DNA from: Eledone cirrhosa
Taxonomy: Eukaryota
NCBI GenBank assembly: GCA_964016885.1
Contig: OZ024741.1
Location: 283,340,001 to 283,404,000, forward strand
Reading direction: 5' to 3'
Length of the DNA: 64,000 bases
Shown: piece by piece, positions 1 through 12,137 of the stretch
Numbering within the stretch: position 1 is the stretch's first letter
Layout: each line of letters begins with the position of its first letter
Notes under the pieces: model-generated
What the model was told of the DNA's origin: nothing
The model's database searches: none
What the model saw: only the letters and a program-made list of their open reading frames with translations
Position numbers and translations under genes: made by a program

Positions 1-75
1 CCATTACCATCATCCCCACTATCACCGCAATAAACACCATCATCACCCCACTACCATCACCAGCATAATAGCATC
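1..75. repeat. degenerate (CAC/CAT)n simple repeat
   Basis: ccattaccatcatccccact...catcaccagcat low-complexity tract. Confidence 0.6.
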
Positions 76-258
76 ATTGTCATTTTTTTAAAAAGTCATT
101 TATTTTGCACTAAAAAGTAACAGAAAATATTACAATTCAATGAGTCCATATTGTTGTTATTAATTGAAAAAAAAAACAAAGTCATTTAGTTTTTGTTTGA
201 AAGAAAATTTTAAAAGAGATTCAATGTGCCCATATCAAAAGTTTATATGATCATATTT

Positions 259-322
259 AAAATGGCGGCAGTATGAATCAACAATTTTGCTTTTCATTTT
301 TCTGTCTTTCACTCTGGTAAGT
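259..322 (+). promoter_or_regulatory. candidate YY1 motif plus splice donor (possible non-coding first exon)
   Basis: AAAATGGCGGC at 259-269 and consensus donor CTG|GTAAGT at 314-322 in non-repetitive-looking sequence. Confidence 0.22.
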
Positions 323-685
323 GTTAAAATAGAAGTCATTGTTATTTCATATTGACCAATGTATCCGGACCACAACTCACAGTGACATGTAAGCTATTAA
401 CGTTCAATAATTTGCATACTTGAGGTGAGATTCGATTGAATAACAGGATTTTCTTTGTTAAGCAGAGGGCCAATACATTTAGTATTGTATGAAAGCAGAC
501 GTTATCGATAACTACAGCCATATATACTGGAATACATATTCATGTCCTTACACCATTCAATTTGTGCTACATTTTCGATAGGCACAAGGCTCCTTTATTA
601 TATATAAAAAAAAGGATACACTAGTCAACAAAATATCAATATGTATGTGCATCTATACATATATATATATATGTATATATTAGGA

Positions 686-1026
686 TACACATGCTTAGGT
701 GGATGTGCAATCTAAGTGTGAGAAAAAGGCAGAGCTTGGATGAGTTAAGGGAAAAGCTGGGCTTAAGAAGAATCCAAGGTGGTGTGCAGGAGAGAAGATT
801 CCATTGGTATGGACATGTGATGACCGCTGGGTGAAGAAGTGCCAGTGGAAGGAAGCCACAGTAGAGGTAGACCAAGAAAAACCTGGACAGAGATGGTGAG
901 AGCTGTCCTCTAATTGCTGAGACTCACAGAGATGACGAAGGAACGTGGCCAATGGAGGAATGCCATGCTGAGAAGGACCCGTCCAACACATGCAAGCGTG
1001 GAAAAGTGACTATTAAAACAATGATG
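686..1026 (+). mobile_element. RTE-clade LINE 3' fragment
   Basis: Translates to MLRWMCNLSVRKRQSLDELREKLG..RFHWYGHVM, homologous to RTE C-termini elsewhere in the window; ends in a degenerate GAT tail. Confidence 0.8.
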
Positions 1027-1049
1027 TATGTATACATACATGTATGTCA

Positions 1050-1560
1050 GGTCACCAGTTGGTGCTACTGGTAACATGTATCCCAGTACAACCCGTCTCA
1101 TGGTCGGGTCGTTGGCGACTAAACTGGCAATCCCACCAAGGTTTCTTGGTGAGGAGGGTGACTTTGGACATCCTGCAGCACTAAAAACAAAACCTGTCAA
1201 AGGGCAAAGGAGCTCTTAAGAGTCAATGGCGATCCAAAATCACCGGGAGAGATGACCCCTTAGCCTTTGTCAAGGCAGAATTCTAGGAGAAGGAAAACTC
1301 TGATATAACACCTGCAACCCTGATGGTATCCAATGATGACTTGTTCTTCTTTTTGGTAAATATCATCTTGGTTAAGAGAGTGGGACTGGCTTTGTGCAGT
1401 GCCTTTGCTCACTATAAAAGCTTAACCGCACAGGCATTGCTTTATATCTGGAGATCTCTCTGCACTTGTCGTCACATGGTACCTTGGGCCCAGCACTATG
1501 TGTCAATAATTGTCAGAAGTGTAGTGTTTGTACCACAGTTTTCAAGTCGCTGGCTGGACT
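1050..1560 (+). mobile_element. RTE (BovB-like) 5' UTR fragment
   Basis: CTAGGAGAAGGAAAACTCTGA motif near 1283-1303 resembles RTE 5' UTRs; begins right after a TATG microsatellite. Confidence 0.4.
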
Positions 1561-1811
1561 AAAATGTCACACTCGTTCAGCGTATCGGTAGGGGTTCTCC
1601 TACATGGATTTAAAGTAGTGGCCGTACTTGAAAACGAGTTGGCAGCCACCATGTATATATGCATGTATGTATATATGCATGTATGTATGTGTAGATATGT
1701 ACATGTATATATGATGCATATTATATATTGTTATACTTTAGGAGGGTCATGCTGCCAATATAAACACACACCCCAGTTGAGTTTCACTTCAGTCATATTT
1801 TTAGTCAGGTA

Positions 1812-2020
1812 ATTAACCGTTTAGCATTTACATTACTCTATATTTACAATTGTATTTTCACAGTAAACACTTTATCTAATATAATTATCTCACATAATAT
1901 CGAATCTATGAGATTTTGATATTATATATTTTGAGAATAATACCCTAACATCAGTATGAGTGGCCAGTTTGAACAGAAAGAAGTGAGAGAATTCTGGCCA
2001 GATACAACCGGTTTAAATGC
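1812..2020. mobile_element. degenerate TTAA/piggyBac-like MITE
   Basis: TTAACCGTTTAGCATTTA start and TAAATGCT inverted end. Confidence 0.3.
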
Positions 2021-2224
2021 TGGTTTAGTAACCATATGGTTATTTAGTTGCCAAAGCTCTTTCGTCACATGTCATATGACCTTCTCAATTACTATTTTTG
2101 CAATTTGTGTCTCTTCTTCATTTTGATTCTGTTCTAGTTACTCTATCTTGTATTTCTGAGGGTGTGTGTGTGTGAGGTATGTGCATATGTGTGTAAATGT
2201 CTATGTGTGTTTGGATATGTGTCT

Positions 2225-2706
2225 TGGGATGATTTGATAAATTCTGACCTTACACACTTACACCTCTCCAAGACAATGTCACTGGACCGAGATCTTTGGC
2301 GCTACGTAGTAGTACAGAAGACCCGCCTTGCCTAAGTACAAAGCGAAACCTACAGTTAGTAGGCACCTCTTAACCAAAAATACACCCCCATCCCACTTCC
2401 CTTACCCCCACCCCCATCTACAGCTAAAGTTATGTTGGTGCCACAACATCCAGTCCTAAACAAATGAGGTCGTGTAGGTGTCACGACAAAAAAACACAGT
2501 CCACGCTGTAATGTGGCCATGTAGGTAACACGGTAAAAATCTCCCAGTCCACACTGTAAACGTGGTTCGTGTTAGGAAGGGCATCCAGCCGTAGAAAACC
2601 CGCCAGACAGTCCTGAGTAAGACAACCAATCTTGCCTCAAGTGGGACAATCCTCGTCTAAACCCATGCTAGCGTGGAAGATAGACGTTAAACGACGATGC
2701 CGATGA
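2225..2706 (+). mobile_element. RTE LINE 3' end and 3' UTR
   Basis: Matches the reverse complement of 55573-56050; contains GTTAGGAAGGGCATCCAG; degenerate GAT tail. Confidence 0.85.
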
Positions 2707-2894
2707 CTCTATTTATTGTTATTTCTGCAAGTTTCTGTGTGTGGTATATGCATGAATGTGTGTGTGTGTGTGTTCCTTTATAGGTTGTTTCCGAGTGTGC
2801 TTAGATTTATTTAGATATATGTGTTTGTGTGTGCTTTGGTAAACATCCCACCAACCTTTGTATATATTTACTTATTTATATATATATATATATA

Positions 2895-3582
2895 TTGCTC
2901 CGCTGGATGTGTAACAGTAATATACGTGAACGGCAAAGCATAAACGAACTAAGGAAAAAATTAGAAATAAGAGGGATCAGATGTTGTTTACTCGAGAGAA
3001 GGCTACGTTGGTATGGACACGTGATGCGCATGAAAGTCGATAGCTGTATAACAAAGTGCAGGGCAATAAAGATAGACGGTAGCCACGGAATAGGCAGACC
3101 TAGAAAAATCTGGGACGAGCTGATAAACTCCGACCTCACACACTTACACCTCTCCAAGACAATGTCACTGGACCGAGACCTTTGGCGGTACTCAGTAACA
3201 GAGAAGACCCGCCTTACCTAAATACATAGTAAAACCTACTACAGCCAGTAGACATCTCTAACAAAATACACCCCCCCCCACCCTTCTATGTAAAGTTATG
3301 TCGGTGCCACGCCATCCAGGCCGAAACAAATGAGATCGTGTAGGTGTCACAACAAAAAAACACACAGTCCACGCTGTAATGTGGCCGTGTAGGCAACACG
3401 GTAAAAACCTCCCAGACCCACACTGTAAATGTGGTTGGTGTTAGGAAGGGCATCCAACTGTAGAAAACCTGCCAGACAGTCCTATGCGAGCAAGACAATC
3501 ACTCTTGCCTCAAGTGGGACTACCCCCGTCCAAACCCATGCAAGCGTGGAACACGGACGTTAAACGTTGATGATGATGATGA

Positions 3583-3585
<3 letters not shown>
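2895..3585 (+). mobile_element. 5'-truncated RTE LINE (young family)
   Basis: ORF 2829-3221 LRWMCNSNIRERQ..RWYGHVMRM..GRPRK; 3' UTR; (GAT)n tail; TA tracts on both sides. Confidence 0.93.
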
Positions 3586-3623
<38 letters not shown>

Positions 3624-3627
<4 letters not shown>

Positions 3628-4277
3628 CTGAGGTACCCAGCTTTGCCCGGAGGAACAGTTAAGAGAAGATGGATAAAAGAGAAAACGACTGTATTGGATG
3701 TGTTGTCTGGTATGAGGTGAGACCATAATGTGTGTGTGTGTGTGAGAGACATAAAAAAACAATCATAAAACTTCCTTATTAGGCTGGGTGAGTAACTGTT
3801 GACCTTGGATTTTAACTGTTGTGGAATAACCATAGTCAGTATGATCTTTTTCAGCTCCAAAGGACGTCATCTGAAATGCAGCAATATACCGCATAACATT
3901 GCTTTGTTAGTACGGCCTATAAGTAGTATATGGATAAAAGCTGGAGGGTAGATTAATTTCAAATAGTATCAATTTTTTTTTGTTCTGTAAAATCAAAGAC
4001 TGTAAAATGAATTTATAAAAGTTAACGCAATATTTTTAAACCTTCAACTGATAGTTTGATCTATAGTTTAAGCTGATTCTAGACTTTTGTATGATGTCAT
4101 TCTCTCTCTGAATATCTAACACTTTAATTGTATCTCTCTCAGTATAATGGCCTATCTCTCTCTCTTTAGATGTATGTGTATGTATGTGTGTGTGCGCGTG
4201 TGTGTGTGTAGTTTTTGTGTGATTCAAGCAACCAATCAACCAACCAATAAACATCTCTCTTTTATATTATATATAGA
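3624..4277 (-). mobile_element. non-autonomous Helitron
   Basis: Minus strand starts TCTATATATAATATAAAG and ends with GC hairpin CCGGGCAAAGCTGGGTACCTCAG; terminal CTAG degenerate (CTTT). Confidence 0.55.
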
Positions 4278-4286
4278 TATATACAT

Positions 4287-7266
4287 CTGAAGAGGTACCG
4301 GCCTGCCCGCCAAGCCAGTGGGATGGCGTCATCTTATGGCTAAAACAGCATGAAGAAAAGGGCCTCAGTACCCTGCGCGTCAATCGGGCCACTCCACGAC
4401 GGCGAAGTGCAACCCGAGCGACGAGAGGCTGCTAAGAATCACAGGTTCCCGAAGGCCGCCATGGAACAGGACTAACCTTGCCATATGCACCTACAACTGC
4501 AGGTCTTTGGCAGGGGGGCAAGTACTGAACCACCTAATGGAGGAGAAGAAGAAGATCAGGTGCGACGTATTAGGGCTGTGCAAGACCCGCCAGAAGAAGG
4601 AGGCGAGTTTGCGATGGCAAGATGGATGCGCCGTGAGACTCAGGGAAAGCAGAGGGTGCCAGATCGGTCGGAGGTATAAGGTTCATCGTAAGCAAGGAAT
4701 GGGCTTTGAAGGTTGCTTCTTGCCAGTTCATATCGTCATGGATTGGTGTACTGAACGTGAACCTCTCAGGGAAGGCCACCTTCAAGATCGTCCAGACCTA
4801 CGCTCCCACAAGTGCCAGCGACGACGATGAAGTGGAAGAATTCTATCGCCAGCTAGACAAAGTGCTAGCTGTGAAGTCCACTTACACCATCGCGATGGGA
4901 GACTTCAACGCAAAGGTTGGACAGGGACGGCAAGGGGAAGAGTATGTCAGAAGATTCGGCCTAGGAGAGCGAAATGAGAGAGGAGAGCGTCTGGTTACCA
5001 TGGCGGAGGCGAGACGGCTCTACATTGGAAACAGCCTATTCAGGAAGGAGGAAGAGATGGACCTGGGTATCACCAGATTCTGAGCACTGAAACGAGATCA
5101 ACTACATCCTGGTCGACAAGCGACACATACTGCAGGACGTCTACGTCATAACGCCATTCAACACTGGCAGTGATCGTCTGGTGAGGGCAAAGGTCGTCAT
5201 TGACCGGACGAGGAAGAAGAAGGCGCTGCATTTGGCGTTGAAGGGAGAATGCGTCCAGGTCTTCAACGAGGCACAGCTGCAGGAAGCCATCATGCAGGAA
5301 AACTGGCGTCAAGGAGACGGCACAGATGCTGACTACGACTCACTGATAAGGAAACTGAAGGAGTGCTTGAGGAAGGCTAAGGGTGTGTGCCCGAGGGAGC
5401 GGAAGGGAAGAGTCTCGGAGGAAACTATGAAGTTGCTTGAGAAGAGGAAGAATATGAAGAGGACACCTGAAGATCACCTCGAATATTCCCTTCTCAGCAG
5501 AGTGATACGTCAACAACTGAAGAAAGACTTCGAGGCATACCGGATATAGAAGCCCCTGAAGGCCGCAGAGGAAAAGAAGAGCCTCAAGGGAAGGGAGAGG
5601 GACATGGCAATGTACAGATCAGAGGTGACGACCCTGAAGAACACAGCTGAAGTACCGGTCAGCGACAAGAGTGAGGTGGAAAAGGTTTGCGAAGACTTCT
5701 ACACCAAGCTCTTCAAGTCTGCCGCGAATGTGCAGCTGATGCCGTCACTCCAACACGAAGGAAATGTGCCACCCATCTTTGTCAGCGAGGTCGAAAGAGC
5801 CGTCGGCTTGATGAAAAGCGGAAAGGCGCCAGGGAAAGATGGCATAACATCGGAGGTGTTGAAGTCAGGCAGAGAGCAGCTCTGGAAAATCCTCGCCGAG
5901 CGATTCACACACTATCTGGATGAGGGAAGAATACCCTCGCAGTGGAAAGAGTCGAATACCATCCTGTTATACAAGAAGGGCGATAGAGAAGATCTGAAGA
6001 ACTACCGACCCATATGCCAGCTGTCTCACATGTACAAGCTGTTCAAAAAGATAATCCTGAACAGGTTATCACGTCATCTGGACAAACAGCAACCGAGAGA
6101 GCAAGCTGGCTTCCGGAAGAATTACAGCACGATGGACCACATATTTACTCTGACACAACTGCTTGAGCGAGCGAAAGAGTACAATATGCCTCTTTGCGTA
6201 GACTACGAGAAGGCCTTCGACAACATCAAAATCAACGCAGTGCTGAACTCGCTGCAGAGGCAAGGAGTCAAGGTGCAATATGTTCAACTGCTCAAGGAGG
6301 CGAATTCCGGATGCACCACCGACATAGCTCTGCTGTCATCACCCGTATGAGTGCCGGTCGAGAAGGGAGTGAAGCAAGGAGATACGATCTCTCCAAAACT
6401 TTTCACTGCGTGTCTCGAGCAGATCATCAGAGGCATTGACTGACAAGGCAGTGTCAACATCAACAGCGAGATACTTACCCACCTCCGTTTCGCTGATAAC
6501 ATCGTACTCATCGCTGAAACCACGGATCAGCTTCAGACAATGCTGACGGAGCTCGACATCAAAAGCTCTGCAGTAGGCCTCAAGATGAACCGCATGAAAA
6601 CCAAGTTCATGCAGTCCAACAACGTACCAACAGGCCGAATGGTGGTTGGCGGTGATGAAATAGAGGAGGTGGAGGAATACGTCTACCTAGGACAAGAAGT
6701 GAACATGTGCCAAGATATGGAGAGGGAGATCTCGCGGAGTTTAAGGGGCGGATGGAAGGCGTTCAACGGCATAAGGGATGTGCTCAAGGGGAGGTTGGAC
6801 AAGACCACCTGCGCCAACCTCTTCAATAGCACAGTTTTACCTGCAATGTTATAATGCAGTGAAACTTGGGCTACAACGAAGAGAGAAGAGCAGTGGCTGG
6901 TAACGGCTCAAAGAGCCATGGAGAGATCAATGTTAGGAATCTCATTGAGAGAGCACATCAGGAGCGAAGTCATCAGGCAGAAGTCCGGCGTGAGGGATGT
7001 CATCAAGGAATATATGCGCAGTAAGTTCAGATGGGCTGGACACATCTCCCGGTTCACCGATAATCGGTGGACCCGCGCAGTTGCCGAGTGGTACCCGTGC
7101 GAGCGGAAACGACCACTCGGAAAGCCTCCACAAAGGTGGAGTTACAATTTTAGGAATATGATTGGGACTACATGGATGAGGAAAGCACGATTCAGAGAGG
7201 AATGGACGGCGTGCTGTGACCAGCGGCGCCGAATGGATGCCTGACAGACTGGTCGGTTAAGGTGAT
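4287..7266 (+). mobile_element. near full-length RTE-1-like LINE (APE endonuclease plus RT), inactivated
   Basis: YAPTS..MGDFNAKVG and SDR endonuclease motifs; KAPGKDG, NYRPI, QAGFR, DYEKAFD, GVKQGD, RWAGH; catalytic motif reads FADN; several stops and frameshifts. Confidence 0.93.
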
Positions 7267-7269
7267 ATT

Positions 7270-7552
7270 TATATACATACATACATATATACACACACAC
7301 ACACATATATATATACATACATATATACGCATATACATATATACACATATATACATACACACATATATATATATACATATACATATATATACACATATAC
7401 ACATATATACAAATATATATATATATATATACATACATATACACATATACACACATACATATACACATATACACACATACATATACACATACATACACAC
7501 ATATATACATATATACACATATATACATACATATGTATATATGCACATACAT

Positions 7553-7591
<39 letters not shown>

Positions 7592-7614
7592 TACACACAT
7601 ATACACACATACAC
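7270..7614. repeat. (TA/CA)n compound microsatellite
   Basis: direct inspection. Confidence 0.95.
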
Positions 7615-7750
7615 ATGGCTTAGTGGTTAGAGCATTGGCCTTGCAATCGAAAGGTTGTGAGTTCAATTCTCAGACTGGGTGATGTGTTGTTTCCTTGAGC
7701 AAGACACTTTATTTCACATTGCTCCAGTTTACTCAGCTGTAGAAATGAGA
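7615..7750 (+). mobile_element. tRNA-derived SINE head (CORE-like family)
   Basis: A box TGGCTTAGTGG, B box GAGTTCAATTC, then TCCTTGAGCAAGACACTTT; same family at 9368-9710 and 41042-41378. Confidence 0.8.
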
Positions 7751-7774
7751 TGATAGGGACTGGGGTCCCTATCA

Positions 7775-7937
7775 TTCCACTGCAAAGTGGTCGTGGAGGT
7801 GCCGTGGCAAAAAAAGCACCCAGCACTCACTGTAAATGAGGTTGGTGTTAGGAAGGGCATCCAGCTGTAGAAATCAAGCCAGAATCAGTTCCCATCCCAC
7901 CCTTGCAAGCAGGGAAAAGCGGACGTAAAATGAAAAT
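7775..7937 (+). mobile_element. RTE 3' UTR fragment
   Basis: matches 10870-11030 and 15857-15900. Confidence 0.7.
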
Positions 7938-8104
7938 GAATATACACACATACACACATATATATATACACACACACATATATATATACACACACATATA
8001 CATACACACATATATATACACAGACATACACACATACATATATACACATACATACACACATACATATATACACATACATACACACATACATATATACACA
8101 TACA

Positions 8105-8265
8105 CATCATCATCATCATCAACGTTTAACGTCCGTGTTCCACGCTTGCATGGGTTTGGACGGGGGTAGTCCCACTTGAGGCAAGAGTGATTGTCTTGCT
8201 CGCATAGGACTGTCTGGCAGTTTTCTACAGTTGGATGCCCTTCCTAACACCAACCACATTTACAG
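8105..8265 (-). mobile_element. RTE 3' tail (short 5'-truncated copy)
   Basis: (CAT)n then AACGTTTAACGTCCGTGTTCCACG, near-identical to 21576-21732. Confidence 0.9.
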
Positions 8266-8331
<66 letters not shown>

Positions 8332-8506
8332 TATATACATACATACACACATATACATACACACATACACACACATATATATACATATACATACACATGT
8401 ATACATATATATATACTATATTATATTTTGAGAATAAACTCTCAGTCGTTTACAATAATTAAGCTCCAGGAAAAGGGGCTTTTCCGAGCAGTTAAATACA
8501 TTAAAA

Positions 8507-9202
8507 TATATGATAAACACGAAACGTGTTTACATTGCAACAGACAAAGTTAGCTATTAATGAAATAAACTAATTAAAGTGAATACAAATTGTCTGTCTC
8601 GATATAAGTCAATAAAGACAAGCTTATATTGGCAATGGCCATGATTCCTGGACAGATTTAAATTTCAAAATGCAAACCCATTCCGTAGACGAATTTGAAC
8701 CTCGAAACCTAAATCCGTTTCGCAACGGTGGAATGTGAATTGAAAAATAAAGAGAATCGAAATGGAATAGAAATAAAAAGTGAAATATCCAAATCTTCTG
8801 TGCTTATCAACAGGAATCCAGTAAAATTAGTATATCTCACATCAAAAATGTGAGATATACTAATTGATGTGAGATATACTAATTTTACTGGATTCCTGTT
8901 GATAAGTACAGAAGATTTGGATATTTCACTTTTTATTTCTATTCCATTTCGATTCTCTTTATTTTTCAATTCACATTCCACCGTTGCGAAACGGATTTAG
9001 GTTTCGAGGTTCAAATTCGTCTACGGAATGGGTTTGCATTTTGAAATTTAAATCTGTCCAGGAATCATGGCCATTGCCAATATAAGCTTGTCTTTATTGA
9101 CTTATATCGAGACAGACAATTTGTATTCACTTTAATTAGTTTATTTCATTAATAGCTAACTTTGTCTGTTGCAATGTAAACACGTTTCGTGTTTATCATA
9201 TA
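8507..9202. repeat. long fold-back palindrome (339-bp arms, 18-nt spacer)
   Basis: 8507-8845 is the reverse complement of 8864-9202 with one mismatch seen. Confidence 0.95.
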
Positions 9203-9367
9203 CATATATATATATATACATTTTAAAAAATGATGAAGTTTATTGTGTATCGACCTGTTATTCACGTCTCTCAGAGTATTGGTTCAGGTCATCTATAGGA
9301 GTTATGGGCCCGACTCCATTATCAATTTGCTCTTCAGACTGGCTATGCAACCAAAAATATAGTTTCT

Positions 9368-9710
9368 TTAAGGCTCCTATCGGTCACTAATAACCATGGT
9401 TTTGCACCTAGAAAGTTTCCCTCCAAGGCACAAGCCTGGACAAGGTTTATATGTGGAAGACTAACAGTCGCTCATGCTTACCAATCTTCCCTCCCCATGT
9501 CACTGATGTCATCTAAGGGAAAGGCAATGGTTGATACATCTTGGCACCAGTGACCTGTTTTTGGCAACTTGTTTTTACAGCTGAGTAAAGTGGAGCAATG
9601 TGAAATATAGGTTTTTCTCAAGGACACAACGCATCACTCGGTCCAAGAATTGAACTCACAACTTCTCAATTGCAAGCCCAACACTCAAACCATTAAGCCA
9701 TGCGCCTTCA
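9368..9710 (-). mobile_element. full-length tRNA-derived SINE
   Basis: reverse complement aligns along its length with 41042-41378. Confidence 0.8.
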
Positions 9711-10038
9711 CATACATACATCCATGCATACATGAAAACACAATATGAAGTGCTTATTAAAAGGAAACTTTCTGCATTAGTTATCAATAGACAAACAAAA
9801 TGGAGTGAAGTGACTTAATAAAATGAATTGCCAAGCCATGGCATTTGATCTATTTCATTTAATCAATTTGACCAGAAGGAGTTCAATCGATTACAGATAT
9901 TTAGTTTTCAAATGAGATTTGTGTCAATTATTTGCTGCAGAAAGTAAATGAGACATTGGCAGGCGAAACTGTAGCAAAGAAATCATCAATTCTTTGGTTA
10001 TTTGCCCAGTATAGTAGGTTTTTTTTTTGTAACAAATA

Positions 10039-10043
<5 letters not shown>

Positions 10044-10110
<67 letters not shown>

Positions 10111-10132
10111 GAAAGAGAGAGAGAGAGAGAGA
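10044..10132. repeat. (GA)n microsatellite
   Basis: direct inspection. Confidence 0.95.
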
Positions 10133-10224
10133 GGATATAGAAATGATGTGATAGCTTGAGCAATCTAGTATGCACTATGGATGATGAAAATAACAACAAA
10201 TAGAGATAATAATATATATTGCAG

Positions 10225-10424
10225 CTGATGACTCAAAAGATGGAACCAGAAAATAAAAACTGTCACCAAATTCATAGACAACCAGCCTGATATTGTTGTT
10301 TGGGACCACAGATTGAAAACATGCTCTGCTGTGGAAATCAGCTGCCTACTTGATGTTAATGTAATATGGAAGATACAAGACAAGGAGGATATCTACAGAC
10401 CATTGATGATTAGTTTATAGATCA
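10225..10424 (+). mobile_element. R4/Dong-like LINE restriction-like endonuclease fragment, part 1
   Basis: QPDIVVWD..CSAVEISCLLDVNVIWKIQDKEDIY, homologous to 20330-20470. Confidence 0.75.
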
Positions 10425-11143
10425 GGGAGCTACTGCCACTGCAAGCTGCAAAAGGCTTTTCCCTCAAAATGAAAGGCAGACTGTATGATGTGTGTATACG
10501 AGCAGCAATGTTTACATGATAGTGAGACCTGGGCGCTGTCTGTAGAAGACTTGCATAGATTAGAAAGAAACGAAGCCTGCATGCTCCGATGGATGTGTAA
10601 TAGTAATATACATGAACGGCAAAGCGTAAACGAATTGAGAGAGAGACTGAGCATAAGAGGAATCAAATGCTGTGTGCAAGAGAGGAGGTTGTGTTGGTAT
10701 GGACATGTGATGCGTATGAAGAATGACAGCTGCATAAAAAGGTGCAGAGCACTAGAAGTTGATGGAAGCCGCGGAGTGACTTCTCGCGTCACACAGTAAT
10801 ACAGACAACCCGACCCCCCACAGGTACAAGCCGAAGCTGAAGCATATAGACAATATGCCCCCACCCCTCCCACTGTAAAGTGGTCGTAGAGGTGCCACGG
10901 CAAAAAAGCACCCAGCCCACACTATAAAATGGACGTGTAGGCACCACGAAAAAAAGCACTCAGCACTCACTGTAAATGAGGTTGGTGTTAGGAAGGGCAT
11001 CCAGCTGTAGAAATCAAGCCAGAATCAGTTCCTGTATGAGCAAGAAATGGTCAGCTGACCGGCTACTGCCCACAACAGGACAACCCGTCTAACCCATGCT
11101 AGTGTGGAAGAACGGACGTAAAACGGTGATAATGATGATGATG
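10425..11143 (+). mobile_element. 5'-truncated RTE LINE nested in the R4-like fragment
   Basis: DSETWAL..RWMCNSN..WYGHVMRM; 3' UTR; (GAT)n tail. Confidence 0.88.
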
Positions 11144-11341
11144 ATCCAGTACTCAAGTTACATGTTCAGTTTCAAACCTATTACTGTTGGAGCTATAGAG
11201 TATATATCAACCAGTCAGGACCAAAACATGACTGAACTTGGATTTGTGGAGAAAGAATATAGCTCCTTATTTCATAAGCTACAAATGGTAGCAATATCTA
11301 GAACCTTCAAAATCTGTAAAACAACAATTAAATATGTCTAA
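11144..11341 (+). mobile_element. R4/Dong-like LINE fragment, part 2
   Basis: QYSSYMFSF..TELGFVEKEYSSL..LQMVAISRTFKICKT continues part 1 and matches 20468-20650. Confidence 0.75.
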
Positions 11342-11942
11342 TTATAATCTCTGGGTAGTCTAACAGACATATGGTCAAAGGCATTCCATTCTTGAACATC
11401 TCGGTTTTGTTTTCTTTATTCCATGTCATTTTTATTCAGGCATAGTTTACCCTGGACTACATTATTCAGTGTGTCCTTCCTGCTTAGTAAGGTGTAATTT
11501 GAGTGAAATGTGACTGTTGTTTCAAACACGTCAGTTGACCATGTAGAGGTCACCTCATTGAATGAGATATACTGCTGTTCACTCCCTTAAGGTCAATAAG
11601 GTCACAATGCCAGGAAATGTTATGGACACAAAGTAACTTTACTGCAAGATTGCTTTTGATGTTGGTGTTTGTAATTTTAAACATCAGATCATTAAAATAT
11701 CATTACTCAATCAATAAAAAATAATATAATATAAATCTCTTGGATACCATAAATTAAAACAGAGCTAACAAGAGTGCATCTACGTGGTTACTCAATCTAA
11801 TAGAAAAAACAACCACATGCATACACACATATGCACATAAAAATACATGCATACATACAAAAAAATCACACACACACGCACACATATATATATATACTAA
11901 TAATAATTACAAAGACCAAAATCCGAAGAAGGCTCAATATAA

Positions 11943-12131
11943 AAATATATATAAACCTGTAGAGCAAATATCTATTATTAGTACAGATGAAAGTTTAAGC
12001 AAATAATCGGTGCTTTCACCCTATTATGGGATCTTTAGAAGATCCCATAATAGGGTGAAAGCAGTGATTCTTTGCTTAAACTTTCATCTGTACTAATAAT
12101 AGATATTTGCTCTACAGGTTTATATATATTT
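11943..12131. repeat. fold-back palindrome (93-bp arms) with a truncated hammerhead core at the centre
   Basis: 11943-12035 versus 12039-12131, about 3 mismatches, 3-nt spacer. Confidence 0.9.
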
Positions 12132-12137
12132 CTGCAC

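Noticed and set aside
4287-4293. CTGAAGA as a hammerhead core (likewise CTGATGA near 10225, 17226 and 44602)
   Set aside because: There is no stem II plus GAAA in the right position.
8709-8981. 90-aa ORF
   Set aside because: It spans the palindrome centre and has no recognisable motif.
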